DNA of 64,000 nucleotides from Ignavibacteriales bacterium (GTDB lineage: Bacteria; Bacillota_I; Bacilli_A; RF39; UBA660), in the NCBI GenBank assembly GCA_050259235.1, contig JBLNAG010000001.1, positions 160,010 to 224,009 of the forward strand, in the 5' to 3' direction. Positions 48,152 through 58,487 of the stretch are shown piece by piece. The notes under the pieces are model-generated. The model saw nothing but the letters and a program-made list of their open reading frames with translations, searched no databases and had not been told where the DNA came from. The position numbers were made by a program, and so were the translations under genes. Positions within the stretch are counted from its first letter, which is position 1; each line of letters starts with the position of its first letter.

Positions 48152-50779
48152 TTACTTATTTTCCTTAACTTTTGCTTGAGCAGCAGCAAGTCTAGCAATA
48201 GGAACTCTGAATGGTGAACAAGATACATAGTTTAATCCTACATTATGGCAGAATTCAACACTTGAAGGTTCTCCACCGTGTTCCCCACAAATACCTAATT
48301 TAATATCAGGTCTAACACTCTTACCTTTTTCTGCAGCCATTTTAACTAAAGCTCCAACACCAATTTGGTCTAATTTAGCAAATGGATCTGATTCAAAGAT
48401 ATTTTTAGCATAGTATTCATTTAAGAATTTACCAGCATCATCTCTTGAGAAACCATAAGTCATTTGTGTTAAGTCATTCGTACCAAATGAGAAGAATTCA
48501 GCTTCTTCAGCAATAGCATCTGCTGTAAGAGCAGCTCTAGGAATTTCAATCATCGTACCAACATGGTATGGAAGTTCAACTCCTGCTTCTTTGATGATAG
48601 CATCTGCTGTTTCAACAACGATATTCTTAACATATTTTAATTCTTTAACATCGCCAACTAATGGAATCATTATTTCAGGAACAACATGCATTCCTTCTTT
48701 ATTAACATTAATTGCAGCTTCAATAACTGCTCTTGTTTGCATTCTAGCAATTTCTGGGTAAGTAATAGTTAATCTACAACCTCTATGTCCCATCATTGGG
48801 TTGAATTCATGTAATGATATAATTCTATTCTTTAATGCATCAAAAGTCATACCTAATTCTTTAGCAAGTGGTTCAATTTCTTCGTCAGTATGAGGTAAGA
48901 ATTCATGTAGAGGTGGATCTAAGTAACGAATAGTTACAGGGAATCCTTGCATTGCTCTAAATAATCCTTCAAAATCCCCTCTTTGCATTGGTAACAATTT
49001 ATCTAAAGCAGTTTCTCTTTGTTCTACTGTTTCAGCAGTAATCATTTGTCTCATTGCAAATATTCTAGTTTCTTCAAAGAACATATGCTCAGTTCTACAT
49101 AAACCAATACCTTCAGCACCAAATTTCATAGCTTGTTCAGCATCTCTTGGTGTATCAGCATTTGTTCTAACTTTTAAAGTTCTAACTTTATCAGCCCATG
49201 ACATAAATATCTTAAAATCACCGCTAATTTCTGGTTCAACAGTTTTAATACGTTCACCATAAACCTTACCTGTAGAACCATCTAAACTCATAAAGTCACC
49301 TTCATGATATACTTTACCATCTTTAGTAGTTAAAGTCTTAGTTTCTTCATCAATCTTTAATTCACCACAACCGCATACACAGCATGTTCCCATACCTCTA
49401 GCAACAACTGCAGCATGTGATGTCATACCACCACGAACAGTTAAGATACCTTTAGCAACATTCATTCCTTCAATATCTTCTGGACTAGTTTCAAGTCTTA
49501 CTAATAATAAATCTTTTTCACCTTTTTCATGTGCTTCAACAACTTCTTCAGCAGTGAAATAAATTTTACCAGTAGCAGCTCCTGGAGATGCAGCTAATCC
49601 TGTAGCAACAGGTGTAGCAGCTTTTAATGATGCTGTATCAAAATTTGGATGTAATAATTGATCTAATTGTTTTGGTTCAACTTTCATTAATGCTTCTTCT
49701 TCAGTAAGCATACCTTCACTTACTAGATCAACAGCAATCTTTAATGCAGCAGGTGCAGTTCTCTTACCATTTCTAGTTTGTAGCATGAATAATTTACCAC
49801 TTTCAATAGTAAATTCCATATCTTGCATATCTTTATAGTGATTTTCTAGTAAGTTAGCAATTTTAACGAATTCTGCATAAACTTCTGGCATATCACTTTC
49901 TAGTTTAGAAATTGGTTCAGGTGTTCTAATACCAGCAACAACGTCTTCACCTTGAGCATTAATTAAATATTCACCATATAATTTCTTTTCACCATTTGAA
50001 GGGTTTCTTGTAAATGCAACACCAGTACCGCAATCATTACCACGGTTACCATAAACCATTTCTTGAACATTTACAGCAGTTCCCCAATCTCTTGGTATAT
50101 CATTTAATCTACGATAAACGATAGCTCTATCATTCATCCATGATCTAAATACTGCTTTAACAGCTTCTAATAGTTGTTCTTTTGAATCTTGTGGAAATTC
50201 AGTTCCTGAAAGTTCTTTGTAATTAGCTTTGAACTTGTTAGCAACTTCCTTCATATCTTCAGCAGTAAGTTCTAGATCACTAGAAACTCCTTTTTCTTCC
50301 TTAATCTTATCAAAATATCTTTCAAACGAAGATTTAGGATATCCCTTAACAACATCTGAAAACATTTGAATAAATCTACGATATGAGTCATACGCAAATC
50401 TAGGATTATTAGTTGCTTCTGCAAAACCTTTTGCAACTTCATCATTTAACCCTAAATTTAAAACAGTATCCATCATACCTGGCATTGAAGCTCTAGCACC
50501 ACTTCTAACTGATACTAATAAAGGATTTGAGAAATCTCCCATCTTTTTTCCTGTCTTAGTTTCTAGTTCAACAAGTTTTTCAAAGATTTCATTTTCGATT
50601 TCTTTTGATAAAGCTTCACCATCATCATAGTACTTCGTACATGCTTCTGTTGAAATTGTGAATCCTCTTGGAACAGGTAAACCAATATTAGTCATTTCGG
50701 CTAAGTTAGCACCTTTACCACCAAGCAAATTCTTCATTTCTTTTTTGCCTTCTTCAAAGGCATAAACAAATTTTGTCAT
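48152..50779 (-). CDS. ppdK: Pyruvate, phosphate dikinase
   Basis: LGGKGANLAEM, GGMTSHAAVVARG, GLCRTEHMF, SFGTNDLTQ, GICGEHGG. Confidence 0.98.
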   Translation of the reverse strand: MTKFVYAFEEGKKEMKNLLGGKGANLAEMTNIGLPVPRGFTISTEACTKYYDDGEALSKEIENEIFEKLVELETKTGKKMGDFSNPLLVSVRSGARASMPGMMDTVLNLGLNDEVAKGFAEATNNPRFAYDSYRRFIQMFSDVVKGYPKSSFERYFDKIKEEKGVSSDLELTAEDMKEVANKFKANYKELSGTEFPQDSKEQLLEAVKAVFRSWMNDRAIVYRRLNDIPRDWGTAVNVQEMVYGNRGNDCGTGVAFTRNPSNGEKKLYGEYLINAQGEDVVAGIRTPEPISKLESDMPEVYAEFVKIANLLENHYKDMQDMEFTIESGKLFMLQTRNGKRTAPAALKIAVDLVSEGMLTEEEALMKVEPKQLDQLLHPNFDTASLKAATPVATGLAASPGAATGKIYFTAEEVVEAHEKGEKDLLLVRLETSPEDIEGMNVAKGILTVRGGMTSHAAVVARGMGTCCVCGCGELKIDEETKTLTTKDGKVYHEGDFMSLDGSTGKVYGERIKTVEPEISGDFKIFMSWADKVRTLKVRTNADTPRDAEQAMKFGAEGIGLCRTEHMFFEETRIFAMRQMITAETVEQRETALDKLLPMQRGDFEGLFRAMQGFPVTIRYLDPPLHEFLPHTDEEIEPLAKELGMTFDALKNRIISLHEFNPMMGHRGCRLTITYPEIARMQTRAVIEAAINVNKEGMHVVPEIMIPLVGDVKELKYVKNIVVETADAIIKEAGVELPYHVGTMIEIPRAALTADAIAEEAEFFSFGTNDLTQMTYGFSRDDAGKFLNEYYAKNIFESDPFAKLDQIGVGALVKMAAEKGKSVRPDIKLGICGEHGGEPSSVEFCHNVGLNYVSCSPFRVPIARLAAAQAKVKENK

Positions 50780-50870
50780 ATATGCTCTCTCCTCTTTTAC
50801 AAAGTATATTATACCAAACCATCATATAAAAAAAAAGCAAAATATTGCTTTTTTACCATATATTAACACT

Positions 50871-51449
50871 TTATTTATAAAAAATATCTAAATAGCATTT
50901 GCCGCATAGTGATTCATAGGTAACATCTCCTACTTCATCAATAGCAATTTGTTCTCCTTCTCTAACAAATTTACCATTTACTTTTCGTCCATTTAATTTA
51001 GCTCTTTTACCACATCTACATATGGTTATTAGTTCTTCCATCTCATCAGCTATCTCAAATAAGCGAACACTACCAGGAAATCCAATTGTCTTAAAATCAC
51101 TTCTAAGCCCATAACATATAACTGGAATATTATATATTTTAGTTATTTTATATAAATCAAAAACTTGATCAGGATGTAAAAACTGTGCTTCATCAACTAA
51201 AATACAAGCTATATTATCTTTTTTAAATTTTTTCCCCAAACTAAAGACTTCATCTTCATGATTTAATAAAATATCTACTTTTCTTTCTAATCCAATTCTC
51301 GATACTAATTTATTACTTCCTTTAGTATCTAATACTGACTTAATAACAATAACCTTTTGATCACGCTCTTCATAATTATAAGCAACTTGCATTAATGCAG
51401 TGCTTTTACCTGAATTCATTGCTCCATAACGAAAATATAACTTTGACAT
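50871..51449 (-). CDS. tdk: Thymidine kinase
   Basis: GAMNSGKST, VDEAQF, YGLRSDF, YESLCGKC. Confidence 0.96.
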   Translation of the reverse strand: MSKLYFRYGAMNSGKSTALMQVAYNYEERDQKVIVIKSVLDTKGSNKLVSRIGLERKVDILLNHEDEVFSLGKKFKKDNIACILVDEAQFLHPDQVFDLYKITKIYNIPVICYGLRSDFKTIGFPGSVRLFEIADEMEELITICRCGKRAKLNGRKVNGKFVREGEQIAIDEVGDVTYESLCGKCYLDIFYK

Positions 51450-51454
51450 AATAC

Positions 51455-52342
51455 CTACCTCCTAGCCCGTGGATGGGCACTTAAATATACTTCTCTTAAA
51501 TGTTCATTAGAAACATGAGTATAAATTCCCGTCGTTTTTAAATCCGAGTGTCCTAATAATTCTTGAACACTTTTTAAATCTGCTCCCTCATTTAACATAT
51601 GAGTAGCAAAAGTATGCCTTAAAGTATGGGGACTAACATGACTTTTTATACCACTACTTCTCACTATTTTATTAATTATATACTCAACACCACCGGTTGT
51701 TAAAAATTCTCCATTATTATTTAAAAAAAGATAATCAATATTTTTTCTATTTAATTTTCTACGTCCATCTTCTAAATATGTATCCATTAAATCACTACAT
51801 CTTTTACCATAGATTACATATCTTTCCTTATTACCCTTACCTAATATTTTAATATAATAATTATGAAAGTCAATATCTTTTAACTGAATATTAACCAATT
51901 CACTAACCCGTACACCAGTTGAATAAAATAGTTCTAAAATTAATCCATTTCTTTGACCTATTGATGACTTACAGTCAGGTGTATCTAATATCTTTTCTAG
52001 TTCTTGATAATATAAGAAATTAGGAAGTGACTGCTCTACCTTAGGATTAGAAATTAGTAGCATAGGATTAGATTTTATTTTTCCTTCTTTAACTAAAAAT
52101 TTAAAGAAACTTCTTAAACTACTAATATTCCTACATATTGTCTTATTTGAATATTTTTTATTATATAATTCTGTTAGATAGCTTCTTATTATTCTATAAT
52201 CTACATCATATATATTACAATGTTCTTTATTTAAAAAAACCATAAACGATTCTAAATCTCTTTCATAATTACTGACAGTATAAGATGAATAATTCTTTTC
52301 ATATTGAAGATAATCAATAAATTTTTTTATATCCTTATTCAT
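51455..52342 (-). CDS. xerC: Tyrosine recombinase XerC
   Basis: YSTGVRVSEL, GKGNKER, SPHTLRHTFATH, LLGH, YTHV, HPRA. Confidence 0.88.
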   Translation of the reverse strand: MNKDIKKFIDYLQYEKNYSSYTVSNYERDLESFMVFLNKEHCNIYDVDYRIIRSYLTELYNKKYSNKTICRNISSLRSFFKFLVKEGKIKSNPMLLISNPKVEQSLPNFLYYQELEKILDTPDCKSSIGQRNGLILELFYSTGVRVSELVNIQLKDIDFHNYYIKILGKGNKERYVIYGKRCSDLMDTYLEDGRRKLNRKNIDYLFLNNNGEFLTTGGVEYIINKIVRSSGIKSHVSPHTLRHTFATHMLNEGADLKSVQELLGHSDLKTTGIYTHVSNEHLREVYLSAHPRARR

Positions 52343-52357
52343 ACTATCACCATTATA

Positions 52358-52386
52358 ATCATACCACAAACAAACGTTTGAGTAAA
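52358..52386 (-). promoter_or_regulatory. xerC promoter with LexA-box-like palindrome
   Basis: TTTACT and TGGTATGAT elements flanking CAAACAAACGTTTG (52367-52380). Confidence 0.45.
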
Positions 52387-52411
52387 TAAAAAAAGCAAAT
52401 TTTTTTGCTTT

Positions 52412-53479
52412 TTATTTTTCTTCCCTATCAAACAATGTTAATTGTCTAGGATCAACTTTCTTTCGTCTAATTACTTTAACTTTAGGTTTTCCATCAGCTT
52501 CTTTTGCATTTGATAATGCTTCATCTGCTAATTCATCTAAGTAATGTTGATAATTCTCTTCTTCTTCATAAGAAGAATATGGATTTATTCTATGTTCAAC
52601 ATAAGCTTCAGGATATTTTTCTTTTGGATCTTCTCCATCCACCATTGTTTCATCTAATTCTAATTGTTCAACTTGATTTAATTCATCTTCTTTTTCTCTT
52701 GTTTCATAAATACTTGCTAAACGATCAAGTTCTTCAAATTCAGAATATGAAAGTTCTTCTTTTATTTTTTGTTCTACATGTTTTGGCAAACGATCACTGT
52801 AATCTCTTAAATACAACTTAGTTTGTGGTCTTATATTTGCCATGGTTAATACTTCTTGACGAAACATTGAATCATCCATAAAATAAAATATTCTTTCAAA
52901 TAGTTGATTATATTTATAAAAAACTAAATATATATCTCTAAATTTTTTATATGAAGAAATATGTTCTTTTATTTTAGATATGGTAAAGTTGTCATTTGTA
53001 CCAACACTATAACGAGTATCAATATAATCTTTTAATCTAGATTTATCATTTATTACAAACATACCATTAACTTTTTGATCTAATAAAAAATGATAAAAAC
53101 TATAATTGTCTAATAAACCTAAAAATTGATTTAAAAATTTATTAAATTCTAAAGAATCAGTCTTAACTTGTGAACTTGATTTCTTAGCAATCTCACGTAA
53201 TTGCTCATATTCACTAAAAGTAACTTCTAGTTTTTGGTCATTACCATCATAACGATAACTAATATACATTGTTCGGTAACCATTAACTATAATTCGTTTG
53301 TTTTTCAAATCATCAATTAATTGTTGAGGAGATGAAAATTTAGTTGTATAACGATCAATGGTCGCTAAATCAACCTTAGTATTTTGTGGTGTTGTATCAC
53401 TATTTGCTGTTTCTAAAGGAACTAAGTGCTTCTTATCTTGTTCCTCTACAATTAATGTGTATCTGCCTATTGAAGTCAT
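52412..53479 (-). CDS. Hypothetical protein with acidic tail and C-terminal QLTLF motif
   Basis: 355-aa ORF, GAGGTG SD, TTGACA-N16-TATAAT promoter at 53502-53529. Confidence 0.8.
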   Translation of the reverse strand: MTSIGRYTLIVEEQDKKHLVPLETANSDTTPQNTKVDLATIDRYTTKFSSPQQLIDDLKNKRIIVNGYRTMYISYRYDGNDQKLEVTFSEYEQLREIAKKSSSQVKTDSLEFNKFLNQFLGLLDNYSFYHFLLDQKVNGMFVINDKSRLKDYIDTRYSVGTNDNFTISKIKEHISSYKKFRDIYLVFYKYNQLFERIFYFMDDSMFRQEVLTMANIRPQTKLYLRDYSDRLPKHVEQKIKEELSYSEFEELDRLASIYETREKEDELNQVEQLELDETMVDGEDPKEKYPEAYVEHRINPYSSYEEEENYQHYLDELADEALSNAKEADGKPKVKVIRRKKVDPRQLTLFDREEK

Positions 53480-53671
53480 ATAATCACCTCATTGTCCTTA
53501 TATTATATATTTTTATTTAATTTTGTCAAATTTATTATCCTACATAAATATTCTTTTATTAATATTATATCAAAATATATTTATAATAAAAGATAAATTA
53601 TATAAAATATTTAACAAAAAAAGAGGAGCATGCTCCCCCATCTATATAAAACACTAATATTAGTGTACCCC

Positions 53672-55744
53672 TTAATAACAAGTATAAATTTCTAACTTAT
53701 CACTAAAAATCATTTTAACACTGCCATCTATACTTGTTTGATAAATAGTTGAATGATATTTATTTAATCTATTTATCACTTCTTTATGAGGATGATTATA
53801 ACGATTATCCAAACCAACTGATATTAAGGCAATATTTGGTTTAATAGCCTTTAAGAAATTATCACTAGAACTAGTAATGGAACCATGATGTCCTACCTTT
53901 AGTATATCTATTTTACCTAGATTATATGTATTTAGGATTTCACTTTCGCTACTAATTCCTGCATCACCCATTAATAAGATATTCCTATTACCAAATTGTG
54001 TATAGATAATTAAACTATCTTCATTTTCATCTTTATTAATACCATTTAAAAATTTAAAAGTATAACCATTAATTTCTAATATATTACTATTAAAAAACAT
54101 ATAATTAATTTTCTTTTTAATTAAAATTTTAATTAATTCTAATTCTAAATCATTATTTGAACCACTATTAAATATTATATTCTTCACAGTATAATTGTTT
54201 ATTATATTGATTGCTTCCCCCATATGATCATAGTCACCATGACTTAAAATTAAATAATCTATTTTTTTAATTCCATTAGCTTTTAAATATGGGACTGTTG
54301 TATTAATTCCAATACTATAAGCACTTTCACCAAAGTAATTTTTAATACCACCTGTATCAATTAAAATATTTCCTTTATTATTAGGAAGACTAATTAAAGT
54401 ACTATCTCCTTGACCCACATCTATCATTGTTAATATTGGGTATTTATTAAAATAGTTAAGATTAGTATGAACCAAAATGACCATAATTAATACTAATATC
54501 CATTTAAATTTTTTCTTATACATTTTATATAAAACATAAGTAATTAATAAATAGTATAAAAGATATATGTAAAATGGTACATCTTTTAAAATTATAGTAA
54601 AGAAATTTATTTTAGAACATAATATTGATAATTCTTCCATGATGGTGGTTGCAACATTAAATATAGGTAATAAAACAGGAATAATAAAAGTTATTAAAGA
54701 AAGCGGGAAAACAATCATTGATACTAAAGGAACAAAAAAGATATTGAAAATGGGTGTAAGTAAACTAATATAGAAAAAATTGTTAACCATAAGTGGAATA
54801 CTAGCTAGAAAAGCAATAATAGATACAATAAAAGATTTTATTAAATAATTATTATATTGACTAATTAATTTTTGAAACAATATTAAATAGAATGTTATTA
54901 TAAAACTAAAATTAAATCCTAAATTATATACATAATATGGATTAAATAATAATAAAAGAAAAAAGATAAAGATCAATATACTAATAGTATTTATTCTCAA
55001 TTTAAATATCTTTTTAATTGTTAATAGCATAAAAAATAAAACTGATCTTAATACTGGCGGTGAAAATGATGTAAGAAATAAATAAAAGCATAAAAAGATA
55101 TTAACCAATATGTAATTAACATTTTCTTTTTTACTTATTACATTAAATATCTTTAATAATACAAAAGATATAAGTGTTATATGAGTACCAGAGACTGAAA
55201 AGATATGAATAGTTCCGTTCTTTTGATAACTACTTATTGCCTCTTTACTAATATCACTTATATCCCCTAAAATAAACGTTTTTATATATGGATTCCCAAC
55301 ACTATCTATTTTATCAATAATTATATTTTTTAGTTTATAAAATATATTATTATTATTTCTTATTTTTGTAATAGTTGAAGCAGTAACTAACCAATATATT
55401 TTTTGACTTAATAAATAATTATGATAATTAAATAAAGAAAATAATCTATTTTTAGGAGGTTCTTTAAATGTACCTTCTACTTTAATATAATCTCCATTTC
55501 CTAAATTTATATTTTCATAATAATTAACTAAAACTTTCTCTTTATTTTTTAAAGTGATTGTAACCTTATTTTCATCTTTCTTAATATTAGTTATATATCC
55601 TTCTACATTATTACTATTAACATTATATTTACTAGTAATTATAGTATTATTTACAATATAAAATGTATATATACTTACAACAATACTAAATAATAATATA
55701 ATCTTTGAACTTATCGAATGTTGCTTTACCAATTCCTTTAACAT
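53672..55744 (-). CDS. comEC: DNA uptake channel ComEC/Rec2
   Basis: HIFSVSGTH, DVGQGD, SHGDYDHMG, LKVGHHGS, NRYNHPH. Confidence 0.95.
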   Translation of the reverse strand: MLKELVKQHSISSKIILLFSIVVSIYTFYIVNNTIITSKYNVNSNNVEGYITNIKKDENKVTITLKNKEKVLVNYYENINLGNGDYIKVEGTFKEPPKNRLFSLFNYHNYLLSQKIYWLVTASTITKIRNNNNIFYKLKNIIIDKIDSVGNPYIKTFILGDISDISKEAISSYQKNGTIHIFSVSGTHITLISFVLLKIFNVISKKENVNYILVNIFLCFYLFLTSFSPPVLRSVLFFMLLTIKKIFKLRINTISILIFIFFLLLLFNPYYVYNLGFNFSFIITFYLILFQKLISQYNNYLIKSFIVSIIAFLASIPLMVNNFFYISLLTPIFNIFFVPLVSMIVFPLSLITFIIPVLLPIFNVATTIMEELSILCSKINFFTIILKDVPFYIYLLYYLLITYVLYKMYKKKFKWILVLIMVILVHTNLNYFNKYPILTMIDVGQGDSTLISLPNNKGNILIDTGGIKNYFGESAYSIGINTTVPYLKANGIKKIDYLILSHGDYDHMGEAINIINNYTVKNIIFNSGSNNDLELELIKILIKKKINYMFFNSNILEINGYTFKFLNGINKDENEDSLIIYTQFGNRNILLMGDAGISSESEILNTYNLGKIDILKVGHHGSITSSSDNFLKAIKPNIALISVGLDNRYNHPHKEVINRLNKYHSTIYQTSIDGSVKMIFSDKLEIYTCY

Positions 55745-56285
55745 TCATTATTTCCTCAATATTACTAAATCCACCATGTTCCTCACGATATTTAATAATA
55801 TCTTTTGCCTTAGTTTCACCTATACTAGGTAATGTTAAAAGCTCTTCAATAGTTGCGGTATTAAGTGATACTTTTCCAGTATCATTAATAACTTCATCTT
55901 CATTAGTTACATAATTATCAAAACATCCATCATTTTCTAGCATTGGACATACACATTCTTTTTCAATGTATTTAATACTAGTACTACCACTTATCATTTC
56001 TTTTATTTCTTCTTTAGTATATATAATTACTACCATTTCATCTTGTAATTTTTTACTTAAATTAATAATACTAACATCACTATTAGTAGTTAATCCCCCA
56101 CTTTTTTTTATTAAATCAGCTACTCTACTATTACTGTTTAATTCATATACTCCAGGTTTTTTTACCGAACCTTTAATTTCTACTTTAATAGAAGGATTAA
56201 TTATTTTTGTTTCTTCTTTTTTTAATGATAAAATACCCATAGTAATTATAAACACAATAATTATTCCAATAATTATTTTCTTCAT
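55686..56285 (-). CDS. comEA: DNA receptor ComEA
   Basis: TM, SLBB (KGSVKKPGVY), HhH (LNTATIEELLTLPSIG...VKGIG). Confidence 0.93.
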   Translation of the reverse strand: MKKIIIGIIIVFIITMGILSLKKEETKIINPSIKVEIKGSVKKPGVYELNSNSRVADLIKKSGGLTTNSDVSIINLSKKLQDEMVVIIYTKEEIKEMISGSTSIKYIEKECVCPMLENDGCFDNYVTNEDEVINDTGKVSLNTATIEELLTLPSIGETKAKDIIKYREEHGGFSNIEEIMNVKGIGKATFDKFKDYIII

Positions 56286-56348
56286 ATAACCTCCTTAAGA
56301 GTATCATACTTATAAATAATTATTATTCCTTCAAAAAAAACTGAATAA

Positions 56349-57530
56349 TCAGCTTTTTATTTTAATCTTTTTGTTTTTATTTTCAATATGTACTCTTTCA
56401 ACCATAGCAATTGAGCACAATAATGATATTATGAATGTCCCACCATAACTAAAGAATGGTAGAGGAACACCAGTAAATGGAATAACCGCTAAGATCCCCC
56501 CTAAGTTAATGAAAATATGAATAAATAAGTATGAGGCCACTCCAACACAAATATATCTACCTCTAATTGTATCTGAAGCAGAAGCTATTTTTAAAATACG
56601 ATAAAGGATAAAGATATAGCCTAAAAAGATTAAAGTACTTCTTAATAATCCTAGTTCTTCACCAATGATAGCAAATACTGAATCTGTATGAGGATCTGGT
56701 ATATATGAATATTTTTGTTTACTATTACTTATGCCTAATCCATATAATCCACCATCGTTTAAAGCAATAAAACCATTACATATTTGATATCCACCTGAAG
56801 CATAGTTCTGACATGGATGCATATAGTCATTAAGTCGATCAACTTGTTCACTAGTTAAGATATAACCAGTCTTTAAATAAAATGCACCAAAAGCAATAAT
56901 AGCAAATATAAAGATAACCGCTAATGATCTAACTTTATCTTTAAATAAAATATTACTGCCTAAAAACATAATTCCAAAAATGAAAGCAATAATAAACATT
57001 GTTCCAAAGTCTTTTTGAAGAAATATAAACATAGCAATAGTAAATCCAATTGCCCAAATTCCAAAAATCACACTATATCTTTTAGTAGCATCTTCACTTT
57101 TAAGTTTTTTATTAAATATTTCAAATATAATTGCCAGTACGACTACTATAATTGGTTTTGCAAACTCACTAGGTTGAATTTGTTTACCAAATAAAAGCAT
57201 CCAGTTTTTACTTCCTCTTACTTCAACCCCAAAGAAATATGTATATGTAAGCATTCCTAAAATAAGAATTAACCCTACTATTCCCCAAAAGCGATATACT
57301 TTTGTAGGAATATTTACTATTATTAAACTACCAATAAAGGCAACAATAAGCATAAAACCATGTTGTTCAAAGTAATAATATAAACTATTATTATATTTTA
57401 CTACAGATTCACGACTAGATGCTGTCAAAATATTAAATAAACCATATAATACCATGACCGCTACAACAATTAACAACCCTTTATCCATATCTTTAATATT
57501 ATTTCTAATTTGCTTAATATGTTGTTTCAT
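56349..57530 (-). CDS. ftsW: SEDS family peptidoglycan polymerase (FtsW/RodA/SpoVE)
   Basis: IQPSEFAK, QKDFGT, GYQ, PDPHTD, EELG, TGVPLPFFSYGG. Confidence 0.88.
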   Translation of the reverse strand: MKQHIKQIRNNIKDMDKGLLIVVAVMVLYGLFNILTASSRESVVKYNNSLYYYFEQHGFMLIVAFIGSLIIVNIPTKVYRFWGIVGLILILGMLTYTYFFGVEVRGSKNWMLLFGKQIQPSEFAKPIIVVVLAIIFEIFNKKLKSEDATKRYSVIFGIWAIGFTIAMFIFLQKDFGTMFIIAFIFGIMFLGSNILFKDKVRSLAVIFIFAIIAFGAFYLKTGYILTSEQVDRLNDYMHPCQNYASGGYQICNGFIALNDGGLYGLGISNSKQKYSYIPDPHTDSVFAIIGEELGLLRSTLIFLGYIFILYRILKIASASDTIRGRYICVGVASYLFIHIFINLGGILAVIPFTGVPLPFFSYGGTFIISLLCSIAMVERVHIENKNKKIKIKS

Positions 57531-57666
57531 ATTTTATCACCCTACATATTATATAATAACATATAATATAGTAAATTCAAACATTTAAAAATTCAAAATA
57601 GGTTTTTTATATACGCAATTTATGATTTTTTTAATACTATATTATGACTAGATAGGAGGGAAAATT

Positions 57667-57870
57667 ATGTATTATTATGGAGGTTATGGCGGAGGATACG
57701 GCGCTGGCTATGGCGCTGGCTATGGCGCAGGCTATGGAAATCCATGCTGTAATCCTTGCGGAGGCTACGGCGGAGGCAATGGTTATGGTGCAGGTTATGG
57801 CGCAGCAATAGTACTAGTATTATTTATACTATTAGTTATTATAATTGGTGCTCGTAACTGGGTTCAATAA
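57667..57870 (+). CDS. YjcZ/SscA family sporulation peptide with Gly-Tyr repeats
   Basis: C-terminal AIVLVLFILLVIIIGA signature; AGGAGG SD; terminator follows. Confidence 0.8.
   Translation: MYYYGGYGGGYGAGYGAGYGAGYGNPCCNPCGGYGGGNGYGAGYGAAIVLVLFILLVIIIGARNWVQ
57682..57738 (+). repeat. 12-nt tandem repeats encoding GYG(G/A)
   Basis: GGCGCTGGCTAT-type units repeated within the YjcZ-like gene. Confidence 0.7.
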
Positions 57871-57930
57871 AAGAAGGAAGATATCTTCCTTTTTTCTATA
57901 AGATGTGTTAAAATGTTGGTGGTGGTTATT

Positions 57931-58479
57931 ATGTTTAAACAATTAGAAATCTTAGATGAAAAAAATAAGATATTAAGAAAAAAAAGTGAGCCAATTATCG
58001 AACCTATAACTAAAGAAGAAAAAAAATTAGTTCAAAAGATGATTGATCAACTTACATATAGTCAAATTGAAGAATATGAAAAAAAATATAATTTAAGACC
58101 AGGAATGGGACTTGCTTTCCCACAACTTGGTATTTTAAAAAGACTAATTGTAGTAGTTCACGAATATAAAGAAGGAAAATTTAATAATTATGTTATTATT
58201 AATCCTAAAATTATTAGTCACTCTGAAGAAATAATTGCGGCTGATGCTGGTGAAGGATGCTTAAGTGTCAATCGTGAAGTAGATGGACATGTTCCCAGAT
58301 ATGCAAGAGTTACTATTGAAGGATTAGATGAAGATATGAAGCCAATTCAAATTCGTGCTAGAGAAGAATTATCAATTGCTTTTCAACACGAAATAGATCA
58401 TCTAGAGGGTATTCTATTCTATGACCGTATTAATAAGGAACATCCTTTCTTTGCAGAAAATGAAATTAGATTAATTTAG
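57931..58479 (+). CDS. def: Peptide deformylase
   Basis: GMGLAFPQ, EGCLS, QHEIDHLEG. Confidence 0.96.
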   Translation: MFKQLEILDEKNKILRKKSEPIIEPITKEEKKLVQKMIDQLTYSQIEEYEKKYNLRPGMGLAFPQLGILKRLIVVVHEYKEGKFNNYVIINPKIISHSEEIIAADAGEGCLSVNREVDGHVPRYARVTIEGLDEDMKPIQIRAREELSIAFQHEIDHLEGILFYDRINKEHPFFAENEIRLI

Positions 58480-58487
58480 GAGGACAT

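Noticed and set aside
48152-50779. Higher GC of ppdK as a sign of horizontal transfer
   Set aside because: Explained by Gly/Ala-rich conserved protein; third positions remain A/T
51455-52342. Tyrosine recombinase as a prophage, ICE or integron integrase
   Set aside because: XerC-like size and C-terminal HPRA, operon with tdk, no att sites, cassettes or phage genes nearby
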